Shown piece by piece: positions 9,264 to 18,228 of a stretch of 64,000 bases of DNA. Source of the stretch: Candidatus Thorarchaeota archaeon (GTDB lineage: Archaea; Asgardarchaeota; Thorarchaeia; Thorarchaeales; Thorarchaeaceae). Where the stretch lies: NCBI GenBank assembly GCA_046758445.1, contig JBHIAE010000007.1, positions 1-64,000 on the forward strand. Reading direction: 5' to 3'. The notes beneath the pieces are model-generated. The model made no database searches and was not told the DNA's origin. It saw nothing but the letters and a program-made list of their open reading frames with translations. Numbering within the stretch: position 1 is the stretch's first letter; each line of letters begins with the position of its first letter. The position numbers and the translations under genes are program-made.

Positions 9264-9908
9264 GTGAATGAATTGTCCAATAATGGCGACGACGAATTGG
9301 AACATCTGACTCCCGAAGACCTCGAAGAGGAGGTCTTAGAAGAGGTCCTTGAGCCGGAGGAGGAGCCAGCTGATAGCATGTTCGACGGAGGGAAGGGGTA
9401 TGTCGGTTTCGATGATTCTGACCGAATATCTCAGCAGGGCTTCTACGGTACACGCCTCGATGATGGCAGGCTAGAACTCGAACCAGTGGAACTGCTTCAT
9501 TTGATTGAGCGGAAACGGATCACTGTAAAGACAACAGACGGGGAAACTGTTGACAGTAAACATGTAGTGAATGAACTATTGCCCGAGGACCCTGATTTAT
9601 GGGTGCGATATCTAGTCTTCCGGGACTTGAGAAGCCGCGGCTATGCAGTACGTCAAGGCTTCGGCGGAGGGATTGATTTTAGGGTCTACGCCCGTGGAGA
9701 TCGACCTGGTGTTGCAGCGGCCAACCAGTTGATATACATCCTGAAAGAGGGTGAGCCGATATCCCTTCACGATCTTGACATGGCAACGGAAACTGCCTCC
9801 GCTGCCAGAAAGAAGCTAGTGTTTGCATTGGTGGATCAGAATGGCGAGGTCAACTACTACAGAGTTGCACAGACAGAACTGCAGAATCGCATTGGTGACT
9901 CAAAGTGA
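9264..9908 (+). CDS. endA: tRNA splicing endonuclease subunit (probably structural/beta type)
   Basis: LELEPVE, YLVFRDLRSRGY, DFRVY and RKKLVFA motifs; catalytic His position appears to be Ala. ORF track starts at 9156. Confidence 0.85.
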   Translation: MNELSNNGDDELEHLTPEDLEEEVLEEVLEPEEEPADSMFDGGKGYVGFDDSDRISQQGFYGTRLDDGRLELEPVELLHLIERKRITVKTTDGETVDSKHVVNELLPEDPDLWVRYLVFRDLRSRGYAVRQGFGGGIDFRVYARGDRPGVAAANQLIYILKEGEPISLHDLDMATETASAARKKLVFALVDQNGEVNYYRVAQTELQNRIGDSK

Positions 9909-11182
9909 ACGAAGACTGGTATGATGATGATGAAGACCTCGCAGAAGAGATTCTCACATTAGAGGCATTCTTTGACGAAAAGACCATGAGTGTACATCTA
10001 GTCGAGAACAACCCACCTCGAGCGAAGCGAGGTGAGCCGGGAAACTGGGAGCTGGTCGACCTCTCTGAGAAACAACTTACATACGAAGAGCTGGACATCC
10101 TATCGAACGCAATTCTAGAAACCGCTGAAAGAGACAGGAGGTCTTTCATTGAGATTCAAGAGCACGGTGCTGCAGTTGTCCAACTGAGAAACCTAAGAAT
10201 TGCGATAGCAAGACGTCCATTTGCGGACAAGATGGAAATCTCTGCGATTCGTCCAATTGTCAAGCTGAATCTTGACGACTACAACCTCAATGAGAAGCTG
10301 ATGAAACGGCTCGAAGCCCGGGCAGAGGGAATTCTCATCTCGGGGTCTCCCGGGTCGGGAAAGAGTACATTTGCCGCGGCGCTGGCTGAGTTCTACAGTG
10401 GGAAAGGTAATGTCGTCAAGACATTGGAACAGCCAAGGGATCTCCAGGTGGAGGAGGCGATAGTTCAGTACTCTCCCCTTGATGGTAGTATGGAGAAGGC
10501 GGCTGACGTATTGCTTCTGGTTCGTCCTGATTATGTAGTCTATGACGAGCTTCGTAAGAACAGCGATTTTCAAGCATACTCCGACCTGCGCTCAGCGGGC
10601 GTAGGAATGGTTGGAGTGGTGCATGCCGGGTCAGCAATCGATGCACTTCAGAGGCTCATTCTTGGTGGAAGAGTGGAACTGGGACAGATTCCAAGCACTG
10701 TTGACACAGTTGTTCACATAGAGGATGGCCGAGTGGCAAAAGTGTCGTCCCTATCATTGAAAGTCAAGCTTCCGACGGGTATGAGCAGCTCGCAGAGGGA
10801 CCTAGCAAGACCTGTTGTTGAGGTCAGGAACTTCGAACATGGTGTACTTGAGTATGAGATGTTCTCGTTTGGTGGAGAGAAAGTCGTAGTACCGGTCAGA
10901 GGCGTCATTGCTCCTTCAGTGAGAAGACGACGAAAAGACCGAGGTGTTCCCGGCGAAACTGTACCAATATCGGTCAGCTACAGCAGGAAGAAAGTGACAC
11001 TCACAGCTGGCAGGAAGTACTCCAAGCAGCGAATTGAGGTGTTTGCGGACGACCAGTATCTGTTCACGACTGTTATTGGACGGAATGGAGATAGTGCCAT
11101 TCGCATCAAGACAAGACAGGGTACTTCACTCGTTGATGCAATGGAAGAGGGTGCAAAGATAACTGCGAAGGTGGCGGAGTAA
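9905..11182 (+). CDS. PINA-family (PilT-like) ATPase lacking N-terminal PIN domain
   Basis: TMSVHL, GSPGSGKST, TLEQPRDL, LLVRPDYVVYDE, GMVGVVHA, RVELGQIP and DLARPV motifs; overlaps the endA stop (GTGA). Confidence 0.85.
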   Translation: MNEDWYDDDEDLAEEILTLEAFFDEKTMSVHLVENNPPRAKRGEPGNWELVDLSEKQLTYEELDILSNAILETAERDRRSFIEIQEHGAAVVQLRNLRIAIARRPFADKMEISAIRPIVKLNLDDYNLNEKLMKRLEARAEGILISGSPGSGKSTFAAALAEFYSGKGNVVKTLEQPRDLQVEEAIVQYSPLDGSMEKAADVLLLVRPDYVVYDELRKNSDFQAYSDLRSAGVGMVGVVHAGSAIDALQRLILGGRVELGQIPSTVDTVVHIEDGRVAKVSSLSLKVKLPTGMSSSQRDLARPVVEVRNFEHGVLEYEMFSFGGEKVVVPVRGVIAPSVRRRRKDRGVPGETVPISVSYSRKKVTLTAGRKYSKQRIEVFADDQYLFTTVIGRNGDSAIRIKTRQGTSLVDAMEEGAKITAKVAE

Positions 11183-11232
11183 TCAATTCTGCAAAAGCTT
11201 TAACAACGAACCGACTACTCGATGGTTTTTGT

Positions 11233-11367
11233 GGGCCCGTGGCCTAGCCTGGACTTTCGGGGCTTCGACCCCTGAGAGGTTCATAGGGCACTAGCCTCCT
11301 ATGGACTGTCTGTCTTCGGTCTGGAGTGAGTTAGTAATCCCCGGTTCGAATCCGGGCGGGCCCGCCA
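11233..11367 (+). tRNA. tRNA-Arg(CCT) with two introns: D-loop (11253-11282) and canonical 37/38 (11302-11328)
   Basis: Acceptor GGGCCCG/CGGGCCC+GCCA; both inserts form BHB motifs; anticodon CCT at 11298-11300. Confidence 0.92.
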
Positions 11368-11437
11368 ATTCGTTCTCATGCTCTACGCAAGGTCCAAATC
11401 CCCGAGATTTGAAGGACATGCTATTGGAGACAATGTA

Positions 11438-12541
11438 ATGAATGCGGACAATCATGAAACTGGTTTCATAAAGGGGTTGGAACTCAGTGAGATCTTCTAT
11501 AGGGAAGCGGTGAAACCAATCTTGGAGTCACGCTTTCCAGGTTTGGTATACTCAGCCGGAAGAGTGGGAAGTGGTTCAGATGTCCTTGGATTCGACACGG
11601 AACAGTCCATGGATCACGGTTGGGGGCCTAAGCTGACCCTATTCTTGACCAAATCAGACTACGAAGCCCTGAATGAAGGGATAGACCATAGTCTTCGTCA
11701 TGAGTTGCCGCTTGAGATACATGGTTTTCCAACCAATTTGGGACTTCACGAGGATGGAACTGACGTAATGATACCGATTGAAAAGGGCCCAGTCAACCAT
11801 CGTGTCGACATCACGACAGTTGACACATTCTTCAAAGACTATCTCGGCTTCAATCCTGTAGGAGAGCTGCGTCCAATAGACTGGCTAATTCTTCCAGAGC
11901 AACGCTTGAGAAGCATTGCAAGTGGTCGAGTATTCTATGATGGTTTGAACGAGCTCGAGTCAATTGTGACCAAGCTTGAATACTATCCAAACGACGTATG
12001 GCTTTACTTACTCGCCAATCAATGGCGTCGGATATCACAAGAGGAGGCATTCATGGGTCGGTGTGGTCAGGTGGGAGATGAGTTGGGCTCACGTCTGATC
12101 GCTGGACGCCTGATACTTGATCTGATGAAACTCTGCTTTCTGATGGAAAGACAATATGCTCCGTATGTCAAATGGTTTGGAACTGCATTCTCACGACTCG
12201 ATTGTGCTAGTGAACTCACACCAATCTTTGCCCGGGTGTTGGATGCCCAGTTCTGGACAGAGAGACAGAAACATCTTACATCCGCCTACGAGCTTGTAGC
12301 TCAGATGCACAATGACTTGGGAATCACCAATCCTCTGAGCGCTAGGGTATCTCAGTTTCACGAACGTCCTTTCCTGATTATTAAAGCCAATGACTTTGCG
12401 GATGCCATTCTAGCATCAATCGACGATGATGGGGTCAAGGCCCTGCCGAAATACCTAGGGGGAGTCGACCAGTTCATCGATTCGACTGATGTACTTGCTT
12501 GCCCAGCCCGCTATCGCCAGCTCACGACTATATACGAGTAA
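11438..12541 (+). CDS. DUF4037 domain protein (nucleotidyltransferase-like)
   Basis: GSGSDVLGFDTxxSMDHGWGP, YYPxDVW, QEEAFMGR and YAPYxKW motifs. Confidence 0.85.
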   Translation: MNADNHETGFIKGLELSEIFYREAVKPILESRFPGLVYSAGRVGSGSDVLGFDTEQSMDHGWGPKLTLFLTKSDYEALNEGIDHSLRHELPLEIHGFPTNLGLHEDGTDVMIPIEKGPVNHRVDITTVDTFFKDYLGFNPVGELRPIDWLILPEQRLRSIASGRVFYDGLNELESIVTKLEYYPNDVWLYLLANQWRRISQEEAFMGRCGQVGDELGSRLIAGRLILDLMKLCFLMERQYAPYVKWFGTAFSRLDCASELTPIFARVLDAQFWTERQKHLTSAYELVAQMHNDLGITNPLSARVSQFHERPFLIIKANDFADAILASIDDDGVKALPKYLGGVDQFIDSTDVLACPARYRQLTTIYE

Positions 12542-12554
12542 GAGTTGGGTGACT

Positions 12555-13238
12555 CTACTTCCGTATCACATAGGCGTCGTCCTCTTTGCCTACATGAACC
12601 TCATGTGTCATGTCGATGAAAAGACCAGTTTCGACAACGCCTGGAATCATCTTTAGGTCCACAGCCACTTTTGCGGGCTCCGCAATTGGCTCTGGGAACT
12701 TAAGATCCACTATGAAGTTACCATTGTCAGTAACCACGGGCCCCATCTTCTTCTGGGCCTGTCTGATCGTAGGTGTGATTCCCAAGGCCCTAATCTTACG
12801 CAGTACAACACCAGATGAGAATGGAAGGATCTCGATTGGAATGTCAAATCTCGTTGCAAGTCGATCAACTAGCTTGGATTCATCGATGATTATGATTAGT
12901 TTCTCACAGGCTGACGCTACAACCTTCTCCTGAAAGAGTGCCCCTCCGCCGCCTTTTGTCAGGTTAAGATTCTTATCAACCTCGTCTGCACCGTCTACTG
13001 TGAGTAGAAGCTCTGGGTCCAAATCAAGATTCGTCAGTGGAATTCTATGTTGCACTGCAAGCTGATATGCTTGGTAGGAGCTGGGTACCGCCCGGACAGC
13101 AACCTTCCCTGCGGATATCCTTTCGCCGAGCTCCTTTGCGAAGATGGCCACAGTAGACCCGCTGCCGAGACCTATGGCCCCACTCTCTGGTATTAGGTTG
13201 GCTGCACTCTTAGCAGCATTCAGCTTAGCATTGGACAT
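12555..13238 (-). CDS. rpiA: Ribose-5-phosphate isomerase A
   Basis: GLGSGST, DGADEVD, KGGGGA and TDNGN motifs. Confidence 0.97.
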   Translation of the reverse strand: MSNAKLNAAKSAANLIPESGAIGLGSGSTVAIFAKELGERISAGKVAVRAVPSSYQAYQLAVQHRIPLTNLDLDPELLLTVDGADEVDKNLNLTKGGGGALFQEKVVASACEKLIIIIDESKLVDRLATRFDIPIEILPFSSGVVLRKIRALGITPTIRQAQKKMGPVVTDNGNFIVDLKFPEPIAEPAKVAVDLKMIPGVVETGLFIDMTHEVHVGKEDDAYVIRK

Positions 13239-13395
13239 GTTCTGGACTCCATCTAGTTGTGTGTGAACTCCCGCCCAAGCTACCCAAAAAGGCTTCCGAG
13301 AGATAGGTATGAAATGGCTTTGTCCATCATGATTGTCAGTAAGGTGTTCTTAGACCTAAAGCCAACTCATCTTGAAGACTGGAGAGTGGAAGAGG

Positions 13396-14343
13396 TTAGT
13401 CTCCACCCATGAGTGATTTGAGTCGTTCCATCTCCCGAAGCATTTCGGATTGCAGAGTGCTCTTGCCAGTTGGAGGCCGGTCTTCTGCACTTGGTGCTTC
13501 CGCGCCTGGAGGACCACCCGGGGGACCAGCAGCTGGAGCTGCATCCGGAGGACCGGCTGCTGGAACTGGAGCGCTTGGCGGAGCGGCAACTGGAGCTGCG
13601 CCACTTGGAGGGCCACCCGCTGGAGGACCACCGCTTGGGGGACCACCTGCTGGAGCTGCACCCGGGGGACCGCCTACTGGTGGTCCAGCACTTGGAGGAG
13701 CGGCTGCTGGAACTGCTCCCTCAGCAGGTGCAGTGGCCACTGCATCAGGCATCCCCACACTGGGAGGGCCGCCCTCTTCGTCGGCCTCGACTGCCGTACC
13801 AGACATTGCGGCAAGTTTTCTGAGATAGTCTGAGCGCGCTCGACCGACTGCGTCTGATGTTGCTACAATCTCCTTGAGCTGTTCGTCCTTCGCAATCGCT
13901 GTCCTAATGGACTCAAGTCGGCTCTGATAGACTGCGGAAAGCTTCAGCTTAATGGACTCTTCAATCTCGCCTTGGTTTCCATAGTAGTCTAGGGCAGAGA
14001 TTGCCTGCTGAACTGCATTCTCCTCTACCTTGAGGAACACGAGAGCGTCAGAAGGATCCTTCAGGAAGTTGAGCTTCTTCGCCCCGGACATACCAGCTGA
14101 AACGTCACCAGTGGATGCGATTACACTTCTAACACCATCAGATACCGCACTTCGACCGCCCTTCCTGATACGACGTACTAGATAGAGAATCGTCACCACG
14201 AAGAATGTAGTTGTAATCGTGAAATACCAGTCTCCGGGACCCCATGGAATCCATGGTTGTAGTGGGGTCGAGAAGAGCCGGTCGAAGAAACCGAATATAT
14301 ACTGGAAGAACGTATCCATAAACTCAGGCTGTGCGAACTGCAA
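13396..14343 (-). CDS. Membrane-anchored protein with Pro/Gly/Ala-rich linker and C-terminal amphipathic helix
   Basis: One TM helix followed by RRIRK, a helical middle region, GPP/APP repeats and the terminal GKSTLQSEMLREMERLKSL; GGTGA RBS upstream. Confidence 0.8.
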   Translation of the reverse strand: MQFAQPEFMDTFFQYIFGFFDRLFSTPLQPWIPWGPGDWYFTITTTFFVVTILYLVRRIRKGGRSAVSDGVRSVIASTGDVSAGMSGAKKLNFLKDPSDALVFLKVEENAVQQAISALDYYGNQGEIEESIKLKLSAVYQSRLESIRTAIAKDEQLKEIVATSDAVGRARSDYLRKLAAMSGTAVEADEEGGPPSVGMPDAVATAPAEGAVPAAAPPSAGPPVGGPPGAAPAGGPPSGGPPAGGPPSGAAPVAAPPSAPVPAAGPPDAAPAAGPPGGPPGAEAPSAEDRPPTGKSTLQSEMLREMERLKSLMGGD

Positions 14344-14643
14344 CTGGTATCACCTATGGTACTTCGGACAGTGTTGGGCATCACTTCTGCCGTATTTTAC
14401 TTTTCTTGTGAGTATTCTTAGTTTGTATCACGTGCATGTCATACGGGACGAGATTGAAGCCTACTGCTCAGGTTTCTATTCAAACATTGCCTCATAAACA
14501 TGTCCGTGACGGATGGATGAGGATGGCGTTTTATAGCCGTTTTTGGGGCCTTTGCGGCTTGAATAGGGCTCTCAAGCATAGATTGACTCGATTTAGGCGG
14601 AATTAGCTTAAATGACAACTACGAGAACACAGAAGAGTACTAG

Positions 14644-15195
14644 GTGACCACAATGAGTCTTCTCGATCCTACCATAAGCTTCTATGTGATGCATGAGAAA
14701 GCCTGGCGATTCGGTGGCGGCGACATATACGACCAGCATGAAAACAAGATCGGTCAGATGACGCGGAAGATTCTATCATTGCGTGCTGAGATACAGCTCT
14801 ATGAGCCTGATGGTACCCTTCTCTGCACCATCAACAAGAAGCTGATGGCTGCGAGACCCATCTATGAAGTCCGACTTCCAGATGGCACTCTGATAGGTCG
14901 TGGTAAGAGACCTTTGATTGCATTCCGAGGGTCGATTGACTTCTACACTCCGCAGGAAGAGCATATCTACAAGGCGCAGGGTGGAGTGATGAAGTGGAAT
15001 TTCAAGATCACTGATCCCAAGGACAAGAAGAAGGTCTATGCAGTGATACAGAAAGCTGACAAGTGGCGTGATGTCTTTGCCCCCGCGTTCAACTTCAAAG
15101 ACCGCTATGTCATTCGTCTTGAGGACCTTGATGCAGATCGACTGATGCTCTTGGCATATGCGATCATCATCGATAATGTCTATCATGACAAATAA
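14644..15195 (+). CDS. LURP-one-related/scramblase (Tubby-C-like) protein
   Basis: Repeated beta-hairpin pattern IYD...IG..., C-terminal DRYVI and AIIID motifs. Confidence 0.8.
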   Translation: MTTMSLLDPTISFYVMHEKAWRFGGGDIYDQHENKIGQMTRKILSLRAEIQLYEPDGTLLCTINKKLMAARPIYEVRLPDGTLIGRGKRPLIAFRGSIDFYTPQEEHIYKAQGGVMKWNFKITDPKDKKKVYAVIQKADKWRDVFAPAFNFKDRYVIRLEDLDADRLMLLAYAIIIDNVYHDK

Positions 15196-15451
15196 CCGGT
15201 GAATGGAAACCGCTTTCATCGAATTGCTTTGACGTCGTTACGAAAAACTCCATGCTGGAGTCGAATCATTCTGAATAAGCATTGACGAGATGATAACGCT
15301 ACTTGGTGTTTAGAGAACTTCCTTCCCCTCTTGAGATGAAATCCGCACCATTCCCAGATGAGCATTACGAGAATAGCAACTCAACGTGTGAAAACGACAA
15401 GATGTAGCGGCCACATGCTTGAGCAAACTATACCTGACTCTCTCTTGGTGA

Positions 15452-17026
15452 ATGAGAACTGATATTTCGTTTCATGGAGAGAGCTGTGAGTGTTTCTTCA
15501 ACCTTGAAGATGGGGGGACTTCTTATCCATTTGGGAGAAACTACCTAGTGGATGAAATGAGAGGATTGGAGGATATCTGTAAGAAACGGATGAATCTCAA
15601 GGAGATATTTCGAAGTCGTCTTCTTGCTGCAGAGGAACGTGATAGAATCATTCGAGTGTGCAATTCAAACCTACCAGCTGCGGGACTGAAGGAGAGAGTC
15701 TATCGGCTGTATTTCGTGGAAGGATTAACTCAGCGAGAAGTTGCTGACGCTCTCATGATAACCAGAAGAAGGGTGCAGAGTATCTTCAAAGAAGAAGGAT
15801 GGAAAGGTCGACACATCGAACGGGCAATCGGAGTCGACGAGGTTCGTAGGTTCTATGATGATGAACAGATGACACAGCAGGAAATCGCGAATATGTTGAA
15901 CGTTTCTAGGGCCTATGTCTACAAATTGCTCAGGGAAAGTAGGCTTGAGGAATATCAACGACGAACGAGAGGATCTGATGTTGACTTGGATCTGGCATTC
16001 CATCTCTATTGTGAGCAGGGATTATCACAGAGAGAAACTGCCCAGAGATTGGGAATAGGAAAAACCACATTTGGCAATCTTGCAAGAAGACAGGGATGGG
16101 AAAGGGCAAAACCTGAGGAAGTCCCGGTGGATGTATCTCTCATTCACAGTATGTATTTCCAAGAGAATGTCCCATTCAAAGAAGTGGTAAGTTGCCTTGG
16201 AGTTTCAAGGAAGAGAGTGCGACATATCTTCAAGGAAATGGGGTGGAGAATTGGTCCACGTGGAGCAGTATTGAATGTGGATGAGGTTCTCAGGTTACGT
16301 AATGAGAAGGGCAAGAGTAACACAGAGATTGCTTTCATTTTGGGAGTTTCATGTGAGAGAGTTGAGAGGTTGTTTATAGACCTTCGAGAGAACAATCAGG
16401 ATGTGGAACAGACCCGATTACACGGAAGCAACAAGCAAAGGTTAGAGGCCAAGCTTCTGCGGACAGAAATCTTTGGTAGTGAATGTAGTATATGCAACGT
16501 TTCTAAGATGGTGAGAATGCTTGCTCTACATCGGAGGGATGGGGTCCAGCATGAGAGAGAATTGGTTTGGAGTCCAGAGAGCTTACGCAAGTTGAATCCA
16601 GAGGAATGGTTGCTCCTTTGTCCCCCTTGTCATAGGTCTGTTCATTGGTGTATGGACAACATGCCAAAAGTGTTGCAGAAACTCGGGAATTTGACCAAGA
16701 ATGGCGCCTCTTTGGCGAAGGGGAGAGAGAAACTTCTTGACCTCTCTGGGATGAGTGTCAGTGAACTCAGATTTCAACTGTTTGGTGACAACTGTTTGAT
16801 CTGTGACCGACATGCTGATGATTACAAGCTTGTCTTACATCGAAGGAATGGGGAACATCATCATAAGTCATCAACTTGGACAAAGGAGTTCTTGCTAACA
16901 GCTGAGATTCATGATTGGGTTATGCTGTGTGACAGATGTCATTTGAGTATACATTGGCTAATGGGGGTCTTTGGTACCGAATGGGATAGAATTGAATCAT
17001 ATCTAGAAATGAATGACATCGCTTGA
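15452..17026 (+). CDS. Protein with five HTH repeats and two tandem HNH-like zinc-finger modules
   Basis: Five LY...TQxExAxxLxxS-type repeats; two CxxC...HRRxG...LCxxCHxxxH modules. Start uncertain. Confidence 0.75.
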   Translation: MRTDISFHGESCECFFNLEDGGTSYPFGRNYLVDEMRGLEDICKKRMNLKEIFRSRLLAAEERDRIIRVCNSNLPAAGLKERVYRLYFVEGLTQREVADALMITRRRVQSIFKEEGWKGRHIERAIGVDEVRRFYDDEQMTQQEIANMLNVSRAYVYKLLRESRLEEYQRRTRGSDVDLDLAFHLYCEQGLSQRETAQRLGIGKTTFGNLARRQGWERAKPEEVPVDVSLIHSMYFQENVPFKEVVSCLGVSRKRVRHIFKEMGWRIGPRGAVLNVDEVLRLRNEKGKSNTEIAFILGVSCERVERLFIDLRENNQDVEQTRLHGSNKQRLEAKLLRTEIFGSECSICNVSKMVRMLALHRRDGVQHERELVWSPESLRKLNPEEWLLLCPPCHRSVHWCMDNMPKVLQKLGNLTKNGASLAKGREKLLDLSGMSVSELRFQLFGDNCLICDRHADDYKLVLHRRNGEHHHKSSTWTKEFLLTAEIHDWVMLCDRCHLSIHWLMGVFGTEWDRIESYLEMNDIA

Positions 17027-17077
17027 TTTCAGAGGATTATGCTTTTATACTCAGAATTCGGGTCGAGCCTTGAATGA

Positions 17078-17235
17078 GCCCCAGTAGCAAAGCGGCCTAC
17101 TGTGTTGGGATCTGTCTGAAACTTGACTTGGATCCTATTACAGGTCGACACTGCGCCTGACTTGTATGTTAGAAGACTGCTATCTCTAATCAAGAGATCA
17201 GGAGATCGCGAGTTCGAATCTCGCCTGGGGCTCCA
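17078..17235 (+). tRNA. tRNA-Thr(TGT) with two introns: D-loop (17099-17149) and canonical (17167-17196)
   Basis: Acceptor GCCCCAG/CTGGGGC with U discriminator and CCA; BHB helices CGGC/GTCG and CTTG/CAAG. Confidence 0.9.
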
Positions 17236-17263
17236 TATCTTCTTCATCGCAATTTGGTGATGT

Positions 17264-17395
17264 CTAGTCGTCCCATTGACTTCCGCACTTGTCACATGAA
17301 TGTGTGTACCGTGCTCTGACACCGAGAGTCCCCGGAAACATCTCCCTTCCGATGTCTATGCCCCCACATCTGGGACACTTCACCTTGTGTTTCAT
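17264..17395 (-). CDS. Small CPxCG-type zinc-finger protein
   Basis: 43 aa, CPRCG...CDKCG. Confidence 0.55.
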   Translation of the reverse strand: MKHKVKCPRCGGIDIGREMFPGTLGVRARYTHSCDKCGSQWDD

Positions 17396-17648
17396 GCTTC
17401 CACTCTTCTGCAGATTCGCTGAATTTGGATATGAGTGCGGCAGATTCAAAGTCCGAATATTGCTTGATTTGTTCTTCTCACTGAAACCAGGGGTTTCCCT
17501 GACCTACGTCTATCAAACGCTCACTTCCAGCAGAAACTATTATTCTAGGCTTTTTAACTGTGTCAAACAAAGCAATCAGATTCTGGATTGTCGTTGTCTA
17601 ACAAAGGACTAATCAGCACGCAGTCTGAACGATGTCAGGGGTCTTGGA

Positions 17649-18200
17649 ATGACAGAGTTCTACCTCGACTTTGAAACTTCGGGAATCAATCCGGAGCAAG
17701 ACAAGATAATCTCTATTCAGTATCAGATGCTTGACACCAAGACAGGGAATGCTCGAGGGCCCCTCTCGATGCTGAAGGAGTGGGAGTCATCCGAACGAGA
17801 GATACTCAAGGAGTTTCTGGAGGTGCTCAATCCCAGCAATGATTGGGACTTTGTCCCAATTGGATACAATCTCAAGTTCGAGCTCTATTTTCTGCAGAAA
17901 CGGCTCAGAAGAGTGTTGAGATACGAGCTTAGTGATGACTGGCTCTACTATGTATTGCCACGTGTGGACATCAAGAGCACACTAATTCTGATCAACAAGG
18001 GCAGGTTCAAGGGGACCACAATGGACTGGTTCATCCGGAAAGAGATGGATGACAGTCAGATTCCCAAATGGTACGCCCGAAAGGACTATGGCAGAATTGA
18101 GGAGTATGTGGAGGAGGAAGCAGAGAGATTCCTTCATGCATACCAGTTTCTGAAGAGCAAGCTGCCGTCGTTGTATGACAACTATGAACCATTGCCATGA
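17649..18200 (+). CDS. RNase H-like DEDD 3'-5' exonuclease-family protein
   Basis: LDFETSG ExoI, GYNLKFE ExoII-like and Y..EE ExoIII-like motifs. Confidence 0.75.
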   Translation: MTEFYLDFETSGINPEQDKIISIQYQMLDTKTGNARGPLSMLKEWESSEREILKEFLEVLNPSNDWDFVPIGYNLKFELYFLQKRLRRVLRYELSDDWLYYVLPRVDIKSTLILINKGRFKGTTMDWFIRKEMDDSQIPKWYARKDYGRIEEYVEEEAERFLHAYQFLKSKLPSLYDNYEPLP

Positions 18201-18228
18201 TCCTGCAAAATGCTGCATCACCTGTGTT

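Noticed and set aside
13409-13833. Three plus-strand ORFs with repetitive translations
   Set aside because: Shadow frames of the GC-rich Pro/Gly/Ala repeat on the minus strand.
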